DNA from: a bacterium
GTDB taxonomy: Bacteria > Zhuqueibacterota > Zhuqueibacteria > Zhuqueibacterales > Zhuqueibacteraceae
Direction of reading: 5' to 3'
Length of the DNA stretch: 50,883 bases
Assembly (NCBI GenBank): GCA_044869275.1
Contig: JBIOXB010000172.1
Location: forward strand, 1-50,883
In this document: piece after piece, positions 50,298 to 50,883 of the stretch
How positions within the stretch are numbered: position 1 is the first letter of the stretch
How the letters are laid out: each line of letters begins with the position of its first letter
Position numbers and translations under genes: made by a program
The notes under the pieces: generated by a model
Seen by the model: the letters and a program-made list of their open reading frames with translations, nothing else
Databases searched by the model: none
Told to the model about the DNA's origin: nothing

Positions 50298-50720
50298 ATG
50301 CCAGAAACGATTCGGAAAAGACCGGTAATCAACATCACGCTTTGGATCCTGCAGGGTTTGATGGCGCGGGCGTACCTCAATGCTGGGTATATGAAAACGT
50401 TTTTACCAATCGATGAAATCGCTCCAACCATTTTCTGGGCACCCAGATTGCCAGAACTATTAGTGCGTTTCATTGGAGTTTCTGAGCTCCTTGGAGCAAT
50501 CGGTTTAATCCTACCGACACTGTTGAGGATACGCCCAGGCTTCACCACGTTGGCAGCGGCAGCATTGTCCCTCGTGATGTTTTTTGCAAACCTCTATCAT
50601 ATTGCGAAAGGGGAATTCTTCGTTCTCCCAATGACGGGGTTGTTCTTATTCGTATTGGGCTTTATTGCTTATGGCCGATGGAAGCTTTCGCCAATCACAC
50701 CGAAGACGCATGCCGCCTAA
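50298..50720 (+). CDS. DoxX-family membrane protein; integron cassette gene
   Basis: LWILQGL, FIGVSELLGAIGLILP, LAAAAL; four TMs. The stop codon lies inside GCCTAAC (R''). Confidence 0.88.
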   Translation: MPETIRKRPVINITLWILQGLMARAYLNAGYMKTFLPIDEIAPTIFWAPRLPELLVRFIGVSELLGAIGLILPTLLRIRPGFTTLAAAALSLVMFFANLYHIAKGEFFVLPMTGLFLFVLGFIAYGRWKLSPITPKTHAA

Positions 50721-50883
50721 CTTTGCGTACGTGTGCCAAGATAAACCTGAGACGTTGGGATCAACTAAACAGGAGTAAGGAGAGAAATTCGTCAATGTTT
50801 CCCAGTGGGTGACTGATCCGTTCCAACGGATCGGAAGTCCCACCTGACCCAAGCGCCCGTCCGCAGGTCAGTAGCGAAGCCCA

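Overview
Bacterial chromosomal window, mostly + strand. (1) 212-30370: a ~30 kb Wzx/Wzy-type exopolysaccharide or surface-glycan cluster. It holds one GT2 and four GT4 glycosyltransferases, a polysaccharide deacetylase, an AlgD-like NDP-sugar dehydrogenase, WecB, a flippase, a Wzy/O-antigen-ligase-like protein and a heparinase II/III-like lyase. Its tailoring set is unusually rich: a sulfotransferase, two APH-like kinases, two thymidylate-kinase-like domains (one fused to a nucleotidyltransferase-like domain) and a membrane-anchored pentaheme cytochrome c-TPR protein. The best candidate for an undescribed system is a contiguous GNAT - acyl carrier protein - LarA-type nickel-pincer racemase - acyl-AMP ligase module, read here as Dlt-like, stereo-controlled hydroxy-acylation of a glycan. 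(2) 30.5-31.9 kb: two toxin-antitoxin pairs, followed by murJ. (3) 34.2-43.6 kb: a MacAB-like ABC exporter with a sigma-54-type promoter, a metallophosphoesterase and an NtrC-family two-component system. (4) 44-48 kb: a membrane-bound AraC regulator and a beta-propeller/pseudo-esterase fusion. (5) 48.3-50.7 kb: a decayed integron, not visible in the ORF track, with a 46-codon intI remnant, a probable attI, one complete and two partial attC sites, and esterase-TPR and DoxX cassettes. Intergenic regions carry heptamer-repeat hairpins and a family of nested palindromes. All calls come from reading motifs by eye; no database search was run.
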